A stretch of 64,000 bases of DNA from Candidatus Cloacimonadales bacterium (GTDB lineage Bacteria; Cloacimonadota; Cloacimonadia; Cloacimonadales; JAFGVF01), in contig OY759729.1 of assembly GCA_963662585.1 (NCBI GenBank), positions 3,072,001 to 3,136,000 of the forward strand, in the 5' to 3' direction. Each line of letters opens with the position of its first letter. The first letter of the stretch is position 1. The translations under genes and the position numbers were made by a program. Shown here one piece after another: positions 63,080 to 64,000 of the stretch. The notes beneath the pieces are model-generated. The model was given only the letters and a program-made list of their open reading frames with translations, was not told the DNA's origin and did no database searches.

Positions 63080-63361
63080 ATGCAAAAAAATATAGTTAAG
63101 CTTCTGATAGTTCTAATACTAAGCACATTCTTGCTAGCTTGTTTTGCGGGAACAAAAGACACTGTTGATAAACCTGCAGGATTATTTCTTGGGATATGGC
63201 ATGGCTGGATAGCTCCCTTATCACTAATTTTAGAGATATTTAATTCTGACATAAGAATATATGAAGTAAATAATAGAGGGTTTTTATATGATTTAGGCTT
63301 TTATGCAGCTATTATTGCAGGTTTTGGAAGTCTCTCACTATTTAGGAAAAAGAAGAGATAG
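63080..63361 (+). CDS. Small membrane lipoprotein
   Basis: GGAGG RBS, lipobox LLAC, G.WHG.IAP..IYE..N.G..YD.GF. Confidence 0.8.
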   Translation: MQKNIVKLLIVLILSTFLLACFAGTKDTVDKPAGLFLGIWHGWIAPLSLILEIFNSDIRIYEVNNRGFLYDLGFYAAIIAGFGSLSLFRKKKR

Positions 63362-63462
63362 CCTAAAGCAGAAAATTCTATATCACTACTTCCGTTTGTG
63401 ATTAAAACTATTGACACAAAGAGCAGGATAAAAAATTTAGGAATACAAAAAAGGAGATTTTA

Positions 63463-64000
63463 ATGAAAAATAAAGCTTTATTCTTGATAATATTAGTTTC
63501 AATTTTAGCTAGTTGGCTCTATTCAAATGAGAACAAATTGTATGTTTTTAATTGGACTGAGTACATAGACCCAGAGATAGTAGCAGAGTTTGAAGCCAAG
63601 TACAACTGTGATGTAATTGAGGATTATTTTGATTCCAATGAGAGTATGTTAACCAAAGTTGTTAACTCTACAAAATCTTATGATTTGGTGTGTCCTTCTG
63701 GAGACCATGTTCAGATTCTATTAGAAATGAATCTTCTTGAAGAATTGAATAAAGGCAAACTTCCAAACTGGAAACATCTTAATCCTAGAATATTAGAAAG
63801 ATTAAATAGCTTTGATAATATTGGAAAATATGCCATGCCTTATTTCTGGGGAATTACAGGGATTCTTTATAATCCAGAATTTGTTACTTTAGAAAAAGAG
63901 AATAGAGCTAGTTGGGATGTATTCCAAAACCAAGCTTATAAAAATAAACTTATGATGCTTGACGATGCTCGTGAAGTAGTAGGTGCAGCTTTGATTTCTG
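63463..64000 (+). CDS. potD: Spermidine/putrescine ABC substrate-binding protein, runs off the window end
   Basis: Not in the ORF track. AAGGAG then ATG 63463; LYVFNWTEYIDP...FDSNESM...YDLVCPS...PYFWG.TGILYN. Confidence 0.88.
   Translation, partial: MKNKALFLIILVSILASWLYSNENKLYVFNWTEYIDPEIVAEFEAKYNCDVIEDYFDSNESMLTKVVNSTKSYDLVCPSGDHVQILLEMNLLEELNKGKLPNWKHLNPRILERLNSFDNIGKYAMPYFWGITGILYNPEFVTLEKENRASWDVFQNQAYKNKLMMLDDAREVVGAALIS

Noticed and set aside
6153..63252. Many short antisense or nested ORFs in the track (e.g. 6153-6383, 13287-13514, 27786-28076, 33839-34075, 60005-60397)
   Set aside because: They overlap well-supported genes and have no RBS or motif support.

Overview
AT-rich bacterial chromosome window, most likely Candidatus Cloacimonadota (FCB group), inferred from secreted beta-helix proteins ending in NYPNPFNPET...KIILMK FlgD/T9SS-type C-terminal domains. 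The left part holds ssrA (tmRNA, 2705-3054) followed by an integrase-less island of about 9.4 kb bounded by a 133-bp direct repeat (3038-3170 / 12458-12590). The island carries a stand-alone GIY-YIG nuclease behind a highly self-complementary tail, prophage relics (frameshifted M15 peptidase, truncated Mu-gpF-like head protein) and an intact defence operon of two SPPY-type amino-methyltransferases plus an McrB-like GTPase and an LlaJI/McrC-like nuclease. The middle part is an accessory region with a hybrid kinase between 189-bp repeats, large secreted proteins (one with 645-bp tandem repeats), an ECF-like sigma factor that appears to start at ATT, a RAYT with its REP family, a MITE-like element and IS relics. 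The right part contains tldD/pmbA, an IS-disrupted methyltransferase, dpaL, a thioredoxin-ApbE fusion cluster, seven tRNA genes, an Rnf/Nqr hybrid operon (D-G-E-A plus NqrF-like, no RnfC/NqrA/RnfB) ending in a class II photolyase, cdd, an oadB-like gene and the start of potD. No CRISPR array or rRNA was seen. All family assignments come from motif recognition by eye, not from database searches.
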